A stretch of DNA of 64,000 nt from Octopus bimaculoides (Eukaryota). The notes beneath the pieces were generated by a model. It was not told where the DNA came from and searched no databases. It saw nothing but the letters and a program-made list of their open reading frames with translations. A program made the translations under genes and the position numbers. The DNA lies in contig NC_068981.1 in the NCBI RefSeq assembly GCF_001194135.2, forward strand, positions 99,643,005 to 99,707,004. The letters are read 5' to 3'. Below are positions 35,833-49,084 of the stretch, piece after piece (positions within the stretch are counted from its first letter, which is position 1; each line of letters opens with the position of its first letter).

Positions 35833-38419
35833 TTGTTCCTTGCATGTAAACAAAGATCAAACTTTCGTTCTCAACAAAACTATGTAAATTAACTTCAAGA
35901 ATCAATTTTTAATTTCTTGTCATTGTCTATATTTTTTCACAGTCACTAGCAATTATTATTCTTGTTTTGCTTTTCCAACTATAAGAGACATTTCAATTAA
36001 TTAAGATCTTTTTTTAATACAACATTCAGTACGTCACCTCCTGACTTTTTTTAAATTTTTTATCATGCTATGGTTTTTGAAAGATGTATTATTGTTATTA
36101 GGAAATTTCTAAGTGCAGTGGAGTTGCCAGAATCAATTCTATGTAGTATTTAATCTCATTCATCGACTTTTTGAGTTCAAATTCTACTGCAATTAACTTT
36201 ATCTTTCACCTCTCATCCCAGAAGGGTTGATTAAACAACTACTAATCATTGATTGATTTAATTGATTATAACCCCCACTTAAAAATTCTAACCATGTGCC
36301 AATCATTATTAAGAAATTAATAAACTTATTGAGAGAGCTAACTAAAATAAAGCAGTAGCAATAACAAGGACAATAATTATTGCAACTGAAATTACTATAA
36401 TTAAATATGTTTTTTTTAAAAATTACTCACAATATGTCTTATTTAGAAAAAATAAAACATCTTCGAGTAGCAGTATCAACAACAACAACAACATGTTAGG
36501 AGGAAATTTCTTTGTCATTTATTCTATATAGCATTCAACAACTTAACTGGTTATTGTTTATTTCTATGTCAACTCTAATTGAACAGATCCATGATTAAAA
36601 GCATTCAATGACCATCCTGTTTTTTTAAGTAGTATCTAAGACTACATTATTCAATGTATGCTTCAATTTTTTAAGATGATAAAAAGTGACTTAAAGAAGA
36701 TTTGGCTGCTATTTCTTACAGATGATGTCCTTATGTTTAGCTTCATTTCAACCTTGATACAGCAAGCCTATGATCAAAGGAATTCTAGTTATGGACAACC
36801 TGCCATTTTTCATGGACACAGTATGTTTTATAAGAGCTGCTTCTTTATAAAAACAGTCATATTCCTTATATCTTCTTCCAAAACCACATCAGCTAATCTG
36901 CTGTTGATATATGTTTCTTTTAAATTGATTAAAGGATTAAAACAGAAAAGTTCTTTATCATAACAGTTTAATCAATTTAAAAGCTATCAATTACTAAATC
37001 AAAATAGACTAGACAGCTAAACCAGAAAAGTTTGACATTTCAATAAAGTCTATTCAATGTGGTAAGGTTATGTTATGGATAAGGAGATTCAAATGTTTTG
37101 CCATAGCTATCAACTATCAATTCAAACTTTAATCCTAATAAACTAAAGCATTTGTTCCAACAATTTGGCTTAAAGTAGCAGACATACAAGACTGAACAAC
37201 TCATGAGATGAAGCATAAGTAAAACCACCCACTGAAATATATGCAAAATACCTTTTGCCCATACAAATTCAAAAGTTCAACAAAATGAGAGATGAATTTC
37301 TATAGAATTTAATTAATTCATAAATATATTAGTATTTCTATTACTTCATGATTACAATTTTAATTTTATAATAACTGCAGAAAGTAAATTACCATTTATA
37401 AGAAATTCTTTTGTATATGGAAAGTATTCAAACATTATCAGGTCCAGATGATGAGAAAATACCACCTTAACATTGCATAGTGCTATCCAATAGGCTAAGT
37501 CTTTCAAATAAGCTCAGTCTAATGTAGAAGTGTATCAGATATTTGTTGCTTCAGTAGGATCTTTTGATGTTAATTAGGAAAATTTAATTGGTAAAATTAA
37601 GCAATTTACTACAGTAATCCTTAAAACTTGAAGAATATGCTTTTTCTGTAGCACTTCAAAGATTCACCATAAAGCATCATGTTCAATGATAAACTATCAT
37701 TTGGTAAAAGTGTAAAAAAAAATGTAAAATGGGAAGACACAGAGCTATCATTAGCCAGTCAGGAAGCACAGCTTTTCTGCCCCAGATTTGAAAACAACTT
37801 CTTCAGTTATTTAATCTAAAGCTATTTCTCTGGCAACTCTATGGATTTCTTGGGTCTCTGTGGGTTACTAATGGGTTTCTTCTACTTCCTGTGATAACAA
37901 CAAAATTAATAACAAGTTAATCAAAATTCTCATAGGTACAGGCTGATATGAAAATTTCATCTGTCAAAAATTAGCTAATCAACTCCAACAGGAAATATAT
38001 CCAAAAGTAGGCTAAATCCAAAATATAAAATTAAATTTGTAGATTCTGCATCACTAGAATATCTATAAAAAATAGATGATATAATAACTTTCTGTTCATA
38101 CACAATGTTGTACTGAAGGGATTCTTCGTTTACTTTTTTTAAAATTACAAAAATGAAATTTAGAGTTAGTTACTGTGACTGGGGAATCTGCTGCAATCTT
38201 CTTATACAGTATGGAAGATAAAAAATTTCAAGATTCAGATATTTCAAAACTCTAAAGAGAAGGTTTCACAGAATCAAATATTTTACCATGCCAGGCACAG
38301 ATGTCAGTGGTTACTAGCAATTCCAGTTAGAAAAGGCTTGCATAGAATTCTCTCAAACTTTCAACAGTTTTGTAGAGCTTAATATTAACCCAGTTCTCCA
38401 CATAATCTAGTCAATGACA

Positions 38420-39568
38420 TTAGATTGGTATAGAAATAACTTTTTATAACAATTTTTCTTATTTATAATTATGATACATATTTTCAGTTGAACTTCTATT
38501 TAACTAAATTCATGTAACATACCAGCTTGCAGTACAGATTTTGAACAACTGAATTATAATAATGGTTTCACTTTCTCTTTTTATTTTAGGCAGTTAAGTT
38601 GAAAAATAAAAAGCAAATTTTAGTCATGTTATTGTATGAGTTCAAAATGGAATGCAACAAAGTAGAAACAGTTCATAATATCAAGCAATCATTTGAACAC
38701 AGGACTGACAATGAATGTACAGTTCAACATTGGTTCCAAAAAGTTTGTAGTAGAGACAAGAGTCTTGAAGATGAGGAAGATAATGGATGACCACATGTGA
38801 ATGACTACAATCACTTAAAGGCCATTACTAAAGTGGACCTATGCAGAACAGCTTTAGTTGCTGAAGAACTAAGCATTACTATTCAACATTTGCTTGACAT
38901 TCATTTCCTCCTCACTGAAATACCACAAAGCTCAACAAAATAGGCACAGCATAACTGACAAAATAAAAAACAAAAAAAGTCATTACAAAATCTGGTCTGG
39001 GCTTCCTTTATACAGCAAAAATGATTCATTTCTTGACTGTATTGTGCCATGTGAGGAAAAATTCCATCAAAAACCAAAAGCTGTATCAAAATAAGTTTAC
39101 ACTTTCTGGTTTTTAGTAAGCGGAATCATACTTCCATTTCTTAAATCCTTGTGACAATATCACAGCAAAGAAATGAACAAAATGCCCCAAGAATTGTATT
39201 TATGAACAAGATTTGTTAATTGGAAAATATAAATTTAACTCAATGACAACACCTGACCACATGTCTCACAAATGATTCGGTAGAAATGAAAAAACTTGGT
39301 TATGAAATTCTACATCAGGTAGCTTACCCCCAAGGGCTCTCTTCAACTGATTATCTATTTTATGCATGATATCTTTCTGTAAATAACTGATAGTAGCTCA
39401 AATGCCTTTGAAAATTTATTCAAGACACCAGGATTCTATGCTATTGTAATAAGCAGACTTGTTAATTGTGGGTAAAAATGATTATTTATTGATATAATTT
39501 ATTCTCAGCTGAGCTATATTGCTTCAAGATGATAGTTAAAAACCACAATTATTTTTGCATCAATCTGA
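38420..39568 (+). mobile_element. Degenerate Hsmar1-like mariner
   Basis: ORF 38599 KKQILVMLLYEFK...CTVQHWFQK...LEDEE. Ends ttagattggt... and aaccacaattatttttgcatcaatctga|TA. Confidence 0.8.
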
Positions 39569-39704
39569 TATGTTCAAACAAATATTATAGCGATACTGAT
39601 ATAAATAGTGCTTATTATTAAGTAGGAAAGAATGTACTCAGCTTTCCAAGCAGCCAGGAATCTATATTAATTTATTTGAATTCCTATCGGTGTTGTATGC
39701 AAAT

Positions 39705-41345
39705 CATCGTCGTCATCATGGTTTGAATGGTTTGACTGGGCTGGTACGCTGGAAGGCTGCACCAGACTCCAGTCTGATTTGATTTGGTTTTCTATGGCTG
39801 GATGCCCTTTCTAATGCCAACCACTCCAAGAGTGTAATGGGTGCTTTTATGTGCCACCAGCACGGGTGCCATTTGTATGACAACATGGTACGTTTACGTG
39901 CCACCGGCATGGCTGCCAATTTGTGTGAGACCGGTATCTGTCACAACTGTGATTTTTCTCAGCTTGATGGGTCTTCTTCTCAAGCATGACATAGTGCCAA
40001 AGGTCTTGGCCACCAGTCAGTGCCTCTGTGAGGCTCAAAGTTCAAAGATCATGCTTCACCACCTCATCCCATGTCTTCCTGGGTCTATCTCTACCAAAGA
40101 TTCCCTCCATAGTTAGAGATCGGGATTCTTTATGCAGCTTTCCTCATTCATATGCATCACATGACCATACCAGCATAGTCATCTCTTGCACACCACATCT
40201 GATTCCTCTTATGCTCAACTTTTCTCTCAAGATGCTTACACTCTGTTGAATATGCACACTGACATTGCACATTCAGCAAAGCATACTGGCTTCATTTCTT
40301 TCAAGCTTATGTATGTCCTCCACTGTCATAGCTCAAGTTTCATTGTCATGGGGCATAGCTGTTTGCACACAGGCACCAAACAATCTGCCTTTCACTTTGA
40401 GAGAGAGGCCCTTTGTTGCCAGCAGGGGTAGGAGCTCTCTGAACTTTGCTCAGCCTGATCTTATTCTCACAGCTATGCTCTACCACTACTAACTTGGTCA
40501 CCTAGATATGGAAGCTATTTACTACCACTAGCTTGTTCCCCCTGGCAGTTGATGGAGTCTATTTTCTGCACATTTTCAGCATTTATTGTACCTGTGCACC
40601 TTCCACATACAAAAGTTAGTTTCCCTGTTAACATTTCTCTGATATTGCTGCACCTTCCACATACAAAAGTTAGTTTCCCTGTTAACATTTCTCTGATATT
40701 GCTGCACCTTTCATGTGTCCAAAGCTTACACAGGATGCATCTTATGGAGTTTCTACCTACTCCTTTTCTACGGATTGAGCTAGGCCATCTACCTGAAGGG
40801 ATTTGTGATTTGTCTGTCTTCCTACTTACTATGACTTTGGTTTTTGCTAGGTTAATTCTAAGGCCCTTCGATTCTAGACCTTGCTTTCATACCTGGGACT
40901 TCTTTAGTTCAAGTAGTGATTCAGCTATAAGAGCAAGGTCATCAGCATAGAGGAGTTCCCAGGGGCAGCCTGTCTTAAATTCATCTGCTATTGCCTGGAG
41001 GACTATGACGAACAAGGAGCTGAGCACCAATCTTAGGTGAACCCCTACTTGTACCCTGAATTCTCTGCTGTACTTGTTGCCCACCTTCACCTTACTGGTA
41101 GCTTCCCAGTACAAGGCTTGTATGGCTCTCACTAATCACTTGTCTATCCCTTGTTTCCACATTGACCACCACATAAAAGATCGGGGGACTCTGTCAAAAG
41201 CTTTCTCCAAGTCAACAAAAGCCAAAATACAGAGGTTTATCTTTGGCTAGGTATTTCTCCTGAAGTTGCCTTACCAGAAACAGAACATCAGTGGTGCCTC
41301 TACCTGGTACAAAACCAAACTGCATCTCATCTAGACTAACTCTTC
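39705..41345 (-). mobile_element. 5'-truncated RTE LINE (RT, Cys-rich module, 3' UTR)
   Basis: LDEMQFGFVPGRGTTDVLFLVRQLQEKYLA; VGVHL...PWELLYADDLALIAES; GRWP..RKGVGRNSIRC..CKLWTH; (GAT)n-type tail near 39705. Confidence 0.9.
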
Positions 41346-41899
41346 CCCTAATTAGTTGGGCTACGACAAAATTATATAAAATGGATAGTTGTCACTGCTA
41401 TTGCTAATATTTTGCCTTTTACAACATATGCTAGAGATGAAATTATTACTGTAATATTATCACAAGGTGGTAGATCAGTGGTGTCTTTCTCAATGTACTT
41501 AAATCAGAAAATAAACTATTACATTTTTGAGAAAGATGCATATTTTGTTATAGGAGCTGAGAGAAAATGTGAATATTTTTTTTTATTAAACATTTTAATT
41601 TAATAGCAGATCAAAAGTTTATTTCAATCATGTCTTACAAAAAAAAAAAAAATGCATGGAAAAGTAAAATGATAAAATCCTACCCTGAAGAACTGAACTT
41701 TTTCATCTTCTATGCTCTATAAATTACATACCTGGCTTGGAGAATGTTTCAACTGATCACCTGTCCAGTACTTGTGTTACTACCTCAGCAACTATAACTT
41801 TAGAGTTACTATCTAATTCCTTAGTACAAGGAAAATAAGTACATAAAAGTACATAACTTAAGTATGTACCTATTGCCACACACATAATAAAATCAAGTG

Positions 41900-42314
41900 T
41901 AATTAAAGGAGGACATGGATCTGTGGAGCATGAAGAATTGGATTCTTCATGATGACAATGCACCCCGTCACTGAGCTCATGAGTTTCGTGCCAAAAACAT
42001 GGTAATGCTTCTGCACCTGCTCTATTCACCAAATTTAGCACCCGTGGACCTCAATCTTTTCCCGAATATGAAAATGCAGCCCTATAGTCACTGTTTAAAC
42101 ACCTTTGTCGAGATCAAGAGCAAATTGCAGAAGGTTCTCAACTTGTTTACAGAAAACAACTTCCAGACCAGATTCCAAAAGTGGCAGAAATGCTAGGGCT
42201 GGTGTATTACTACACAAGGTGACTATTTTGAAGGAGATTAAGTTAAAACTTAGGTAAATAAGTTATTTTTTATTAAGCATAACTAGTCGGGGAACTTTGT
42301 GATACCACCTCGTG
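41900..42314 (+). mobile_element. 3' half of a mariner element (another TIR family)
   Basis: WILHDDNAPRH*...YSPNLAPVDLNLFP...FQKWQKC. Right TIR ggggaactttgtgataccacctcgtg|TA. Confidence 0.8.
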
Positions 42315-43563
42315 TATTTTATATAATTGACAAATTTTCTTATTTCTATTCACCTTTTCACTGCAAGTGTAACAAGCACTTCTACTGTAAGAAAGTGCTT
42401 AATTTATTTGGAATGTCACTTTATGGACAAGGTTCCATCAGATCTACTAAGTTGAAACACATCCTAACTATCCAAGGGATTACTACAAAGCTGCATGACT
42501 ATATATAATCCCTTAGATAACTTACAGTGTGAAAGATATAATGGGATGATTTTGAATTATATAAAATTAGTTCTTGAGATCAAAAATTAAATTTAAAATT
42601 TCACAGTGGGAGAACATATCACTGCATGTTCCACATGACCATTACTATGTACAGTTACCAGGAAAACTATGGCAGGAAGCTCTGCATTAAAACTCTTTAT
42701 GGAAGGCTCTTTTAATTTTCTAGAAAGGCTTTACCAGATCATCACAGCCCACTTGGGTTTCTAAACATGACATAGTTATTTGCACCATCATATATGTCCA
42801 AATATGCAAAGTTAATGAAACCCCAAAACTTCTAGAGACAAATCTCAATTATTCTCATGTCAGGTTCATAAATGGCAGAAAAGTTATGGTTTCTAACCAG
42901 AGATCTAGCTCCTTATGTATGAGATGAAAATCTAATGATCCCAGCTATACACGACAATTGACCAGTTCAAACCAAAGTGATAAATAATCTTACAATTGTT
43001 CAATAAATTTGCAAAATAGATTGAAATTACTCCTGCAGATACACCTACAGCTACATTTGTGGCACATCCCCAAAGTGCATGACTTCTTAGAGTGCTAAAA
43101 TTTGTAAATTCTGTTTTTAATACACTGTGATAATAATTTTTTGATTGGTTGCATAATATCACTTTTATAATTAATAAACAATGTAAGCTTGAAAATTAAA
43201 ATGAATAAATTTTCGTTGTTTAGGGTAAAAAATAAATAAATAGGTTAAATATTCTAATGTACTCAATAAATGATAATAAAGAATGTATAATGTGTGTATT
43301 AATTTACATACTTGGTAACAACAATATATTAAATGTAGAGAAAATACTATGATAACAGCTACTTGGCTATAAAAGCAGTTATGTCTCTTTCATCTTCTTC
43401 TGGCACCACATCTGTTATGGCTGATGATATATATCTCTTTCAAATTGATTAAAAGATTCTATCTGGAACTTCCTTTATCACATCACAGTTCAGACAGAAA
43501 CACATTATCCACCATGTATTTTTTCTAAGTTGATAGGGTGCAGGAGATTTGGCTGCTATTTCT

Positions 43564-43794
43564 TATTTCTTTACTGCTCACAAGGAGCTAAACATAGAGG
43601 GGACAAACAAGGACAGACAAAGGGATTAAGTTGATTACATCGACCCCAGTGCGTAACTAGTACTTAATTTATCGACCCCGAAAGGATGAAAGGCAAAGTC
43701 GACTTCGGCGGAATTGGAACTCAGAATGTAATGACAGACGAAACACCACTAAGCGTTTCACCCGGCGTGCTAACATTTCTGCTAGCTCACCGCC
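43564..43794 (-). mobile_element. SINE family B
   Basis: Reverse complement of 27033-27259. Perfect 15-bp TSD TTGGCTGCTATTTCT (43549-43563, 43795-43809). Confidence 0.9.
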
Positions 43795-44552
43795 TTGGCT
43801 GCTATTTCTAGCTTGCTGCAGTTACTAGTATTTTGAAAAGAAGAGTCACACTTTTAACCTCATAACTACTAATCTTTTTGATATCGACCCTCCTGAAAAA
43901 CTCTCCCTTGTTCTGTGACATAAACTTCCTGTGTTAAAGTGATCTAAATTAAAACCTGTCATTAAATTTCCGTGTGAATTTGTTTCAGACACCATCTTAA
44001 TAATGACAAAATTATTTTACTAAATTTTAAAAACTATTTGACTGAAAGGTTTTTGTATGTCTACAGAAATGTGGCAACAAAAGGGTCAGCATGTAGAGAA
44101 TAATGCTGGACTGGCAATCATGGAAATGGATTTCTAACATAGGTACATATCTCAAATTTAGTGGAAGGTGGAAGAATGAAAGGCAAAGCTGACAGCAGGT
44201 TTGAACTCAGAATGCAAAAAATGGCTGGACACATTTCTGTACTCAAGATGTATCTGCCACAGCAGAACTGATACCAGTGCTGATGTCACATTAAAAGCAC
44301 TGGTGATGGTGCCATATAAAAAGCACCCAGTACACTCTGTGGAGTGGTTGGTGTTAGATGATAATTATAAGAATATTTTGCTGTTTTATGTATACTTTTG
44401 AATAGTTTTAGATATTTGTTAGAAATTTTTTAGGAAAGTGTTATTATTGAAAGTCGTCAAAAAAATTAAAACAAAAATAGAGTTTTAACCTTGAACATAT
44501 AATAACAAAGGTAAGAAATAGAGATTTATATAAATGAGACAAAAATACATAC

Positions 44553-44750
44553 TTTGAGGATCAAGGATCTCTGGAAATCTCAGGCACTTCAGGCATTTTG
44601 GTAGTTTTAATTGACAACAACAAAGTTTTATGAGCAGGTCACTATCTGCATTTGATACAGATCCACTGCCCTGGGAGCTGATAGGTAAAAATGATCCCAA
44701 AATTTGTTGTCGGGAAGATTTTTCATCGTCATTATCATCTTGTGATGCTA
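44553..44750 (-). CDS. CNGB: Exon of cyclic nucleotide-gated channel beta subunit, cytoplasmic pre-S1 segment (ASQDDNDDEKSSRQQILGSFLPISSQGSGSVSNADSDLLIKLCCCQLKLPKCLKCLRFPEILDPQ)
   Basis: Minus strand: pyrimidine tract atctttccttcttatcttacAG acceptor, 198 nt open exon, donor CAA A|GTATGT. It ends in FPEILDPQ, matching the FP-x-x-[IL]DP pre-S1 motif of CNGB1/tax-2. LCCC recalls the LCCK of vertebrate CNGB1. The phase-1 end joins the next exon in frame (A+GT = Ser). Confidence 0.82.
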
Positions 44751-45739
44751 CTGTAAGATAAGAAGGAAAGATATATTTTTGATGTTAAATGGTGATAATG
44801 AAAGATGGTGGAAAATTTAGTTTGTAATTATAGAATATCTTATTTGCATTTGAAAAAATCTGTAAAAGTGATCCCTTTTTTCTCAGAATATAAAACCTGG
44901 ATATATAATATCCAAATTAGTTTGATAAGTCATGAACAAAGAAGCAGAAGACATCAAATTTAGATATTAAATATCTGACTTGAACACTGTACCATTTGCT
45001 TCTGCTTAGTAGACAACTCGCCCTTACAATATTGACATGAGCAAACATTTCTTAAATATCTTTTTAGCGAAAGCACGATTTATATCTGGGATAGAGAGGA
45101 GCATTAATATTATCCCTGCTAATCAGACGATTGGTAGGGACAATACTAAGGTGATTAATAAGAACTACTAAGAAAACAAACTAATAAATAAAAAGCATGC
45201 ATTTGAGAGAACAGAACTAAAGAGTAATGAAAGCTACTTTTCTTAATATTTCCATTTCCTACATTTACATCTGAACTGTTTTTATCTTATTATTCTTTAA
45301 TAATTATTATATTGTTGTCAGTTAATTCTTGTACATGATGCTATATACTCTAATTAGTTATTAGCTATAACCATCAAATAAAACTGTAGAGATGGTGTTA
45401 TTGTTTGATGGAGAAATGTCTGCTGAATGAATGAATAGTTTTCTCTGAGATTTATTTAAGTTTCTAAAAGCAGAAGATTTCAAGTTGGTTGCTCACTAAG
45501 AAATAAGGCATTTTTTTTTCAGTCATGACAATTCCCAATTTGTGAATATGTGAGTGTATGCATATATGTTGGTATGACACTGTTACTTTGATCGTACAAC
45601 TACTACGTTTGGACATAAGTGTATGAGCATGATTACTCTCTATGTGTGCATGTGAATATGCACATGCAGACATAAAAAGTTGTGATACTTGTATTCAACA
45701 TAAAAAACAAGACAGGCATTGATGTTGATATACCTCATT

Positions 45740-46520
45740 TCACCAACAAACTTTCCTCAATCAATTTTCCAAATATGAACACTTATCTTGATTAAACTCC
45801 ATTTATATGTTCTATGGGGGATGTTGTAACTAGCTCTAATTGTCTCTTGGTGTCATGAATACCATCTGTAAACAGTTTAAGGTCATTAACAATAAGGTGA
45901 CAATTTTTCCTTCCTCTGTAGATCCTAATGCATTGCTCTGACATTTTCCAAATAGGTCTAACAGAAGTTTTCCCTGCCCCTATGAACAGCATTATACAAA
46001 TTGTTACCCTGTAATATTGCCTTTGGTAATGTATATAGTTGCTACTATAGTTGCTTCAGATCTAAATGGTAGTAAGTGATAGTAAGTTTGCTTGCTTGTT
46101 TGTATATTTCTTGTGATAAGAGTTTTAAAGTTTATTTTTGTCAGCCACCAGCTTGGTGGCAAGGCTGTAAAGTAAAGAATCTGATTCTCTTTAACATCTT
46201 TTGTGCAACAATTCATCCTCTAAATTATAAGAAAATCTTGCAGATTTTTATTATCCCAAATATCCCAGATATCATGATCATCAGTAACTGAACAACTATG
46301 GAGTTTGTGAATCCAAGTTTAAACATACTTTGATCCTGGTGAGTTGGTACATATCCTGTTGCTTCTATAATAATAAAAAGCTGAAAGTGCATTTCAGATA
46401 CTGGATTTGCAGACATTTTGTTGATAGATCTATAGATATCTTCTTTCTCTTGTATTTTTCTTACAATACTGATGTCTGGTGGGTGGCTGGCTTCTACAAT
46501 GGAATGTGTTTTCACTTATT
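45740..46520 (-). mobile_element. Ancient RT fragment resembling R2/R4-group (RLE-type) LINEs
   Basis: KAILQGNNL (cf. GIFQGDSLS), HLIVNDLKLF (cf. HLLYMDDLKLF), SINKM upstream. Many stops. Confidence 0.45.
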
Positions 46521-47140
46521 CATTTGTTTTGTTTGTTTTTCTATGCTTGCATTATGTATGTATGAATGATGTTTCTTTTTAACCCCAGGTAAGCCCTAAT
46601 CATGTAAATTTAAGATCAAAAGGTGTTCTAGTTGTAACCATCCTGTTTTTGTGTTTTTCAACAAATACAATGTATCTGGGGTTCTCTTATTGAATGTCTT
46701 CATCTTTAAAGGCAACTGGATGTGAGTTAAAGATTCGGTAGCTATTTTTAGCTGGTGTAGCAACCATGTAAAGGCCTCTTTATTGGCTCTACTGGGAGCA
46801 GCAAAGTTTTACAAACAAGTTGCTATCTTTATCTGACACAGATTCACTACCTTGGGAACTACTAGGTAAAAAAGACCTCAAAATATATTGTGTAGAGGAT
46901 TAATAAGCATTATTTGATATCAAGCAGCTAAAGACTTTTATTCAGTGACAACACAATAACTGCCTATTAGTTTGTCTATCTTGTCTATCTAAACCATTAA
47001 ACATAATATATATCCGTCCGTCTATAATTTTATCTCTCTATCCATTCATTTCATTTACTAACCAGCTGTCCATCAATTCGTTCATTTATCCATACATCCA
47101 TCCATCCATCTGTCTGTCTGACCAGCTTTAAGTATTAGCA

Positions 47141-47323
47141 CTAATAGCTGACTGCTACTACTGCTGCTGACTTGAAAATGTCTACATATCTTTGACTATA
47201 ATTTTGATAATATTTCTTGAGTAACATTGGTAAATAGATATTGAACAAATATCTATGGCACAGCACGAAATTAGCCAAAGGCCTGCTTAAGTGGAGCCAT
47301 TTAAGGATAAAACAATTGATCAT
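47141..47323 (-). mobile_element. Possible ancient Penelope RT fragment
   Basis: PLANFVLCH...QRYVDIF resembles the PLE [PT]LANFF..H...RYVDDIF motifs. Confidence 0.38.
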
Positions 47324-49084
47324 TTAAGAGCAGTTTATAGGTCTTGTCTGTCTGTTTATCTCTCTATCTGTCTATCTATCTTTCTCTCTGTCCATTCGTA
47401 AATCTCTCTACATGCCTGTGTAACTATCAACAAACTAGTAGTTAAGGGATCACAACCACAGGCCTTTATATATAATTATATCAACAGAAACAGCAGTGAC
47501 CAAATATGAAAAAAATCTAAAAAAGACTGTAAGTTTTCAGAATAACAGGTAAATAAATAACTAGTAGTTGTAAGATCGAAGTAACAGTGACATATCATGA
47601 ATCAGCTGATAACCATCAATGTACAAGAGTGCAGCAGTCGTAGCAGCTACAGAAGTATTGATTTCTTTTAAGCTAGCAATTGTCTGAAAATTGAAGAATT
47701 TTCCCTCCACAAGAATAACAAATAACAGAGAATCAAGCAATGTTACTAGAAAGCACTCAAAACTACAAAAGTAACTAAATACAAAGTTGGATCAGGAGGG
47801 AAGTGTTTTTAATGGCACCAATTTTACTTGTAACTTCCTGTTTGGTGTCTTAAGGTTTTAAACTACATAAATGTTAGAATTAAAAATCTCTAGTGTGTGT
47901 GTACTAGTTTTACTTCAGATTTGTTCTCCCTACTACACCATCTCCAACCCCAACCTATTTCTTTCTCTATTCACCAATCACCAACACCTCTTTATCATAT
48001 ACTCTACATCACCATCATCAAACCCAAATACCCCCACTACCAATACATTGCCCACCGCAACCCCACCACTGTGATCAATACCAAATTTATCACCACCATC
48101 ATCATTTCCATTATACTTCTACCCTCAATATTACTACACAAACAACAACAACACCACCACCACCACAGCCTTCAACCACCACACCTGCCATCACCTATCC
48201 ATATTATATTACCAGTTTTTCTACTTGATCTCTTCTCTCATGAAATCTACCTCACCTACACAACCACCTCACCTAAAATATCTTCTTATCTATTCAATTA
48301 TGTTAGCCAATTTTTTAATTTGTTTTCCTAAAGAAAAATATTTAGATTTTCTATTTGACCTTCCCATTACCATTGGAGCAATGGTCATGAATGACTGAAG
48401 GGACACACACACACACACACACACATGTGCACTCACACATACACAAACACAAATAAACACATGATTACAGAAACAAACAAGTGCATAGCATAACATTGGT
48501 AGTTACATTAGGCTTACTGCCAAAAAGCCTGCAGCAAATCCAACAAAATTACAAATATGCACCTTTCTCTTCTCTGCTGCAAAAATTACAGGAAACTTTA
48601 ATTATATAAAGAAATATTGCTCAGCAAAATAGATACACCATGTGACTGTGACAGAGTAGTATCCATAAATTGTTCTCAATACCATGCTGTATCCTACACA
48701 ACAGGAATTTCTCAGTGAAACAGTGATATAAAGCATGGTCAAACAACAAAATCAGAGGAAGCTAGATGTAGTCTGCATCAGCAAATAGTTTGGTTGAACT
48801 ACAACACAGACTCTACACCACACACAACTGCATGACTTTCACACCAAAATACACTCATAGTGTGATTGTCATACAACAATCAACCACCAATATCCTGAGG
48901 CAATCAGCTGTTAATAAAGTTAACTGTATTTGAGCAATCTATATGAGTAGCAAACCAGATATAAAATCTTCAACATATCAATTTGGATTGACTGGCAACA
49001 TTTAATCAGTATTTTTAGCCATGGAGCATCTCATCTCATTTTTAGGCCTGACTGTCCTACAGGTCTGAAATTAATTTAGAGGTT

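Larger units (their letters stand above)
29093..44552 (-). other. 15,460-nt GT-AG intron between the two CNGB exons
   Basis: Canonical donor GTATGT at 44552 and acceptor AG at 29094-29093. Phases match and the peptide ILDPQ-S-KLYMSW is continuous. Confidence 0.78.
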
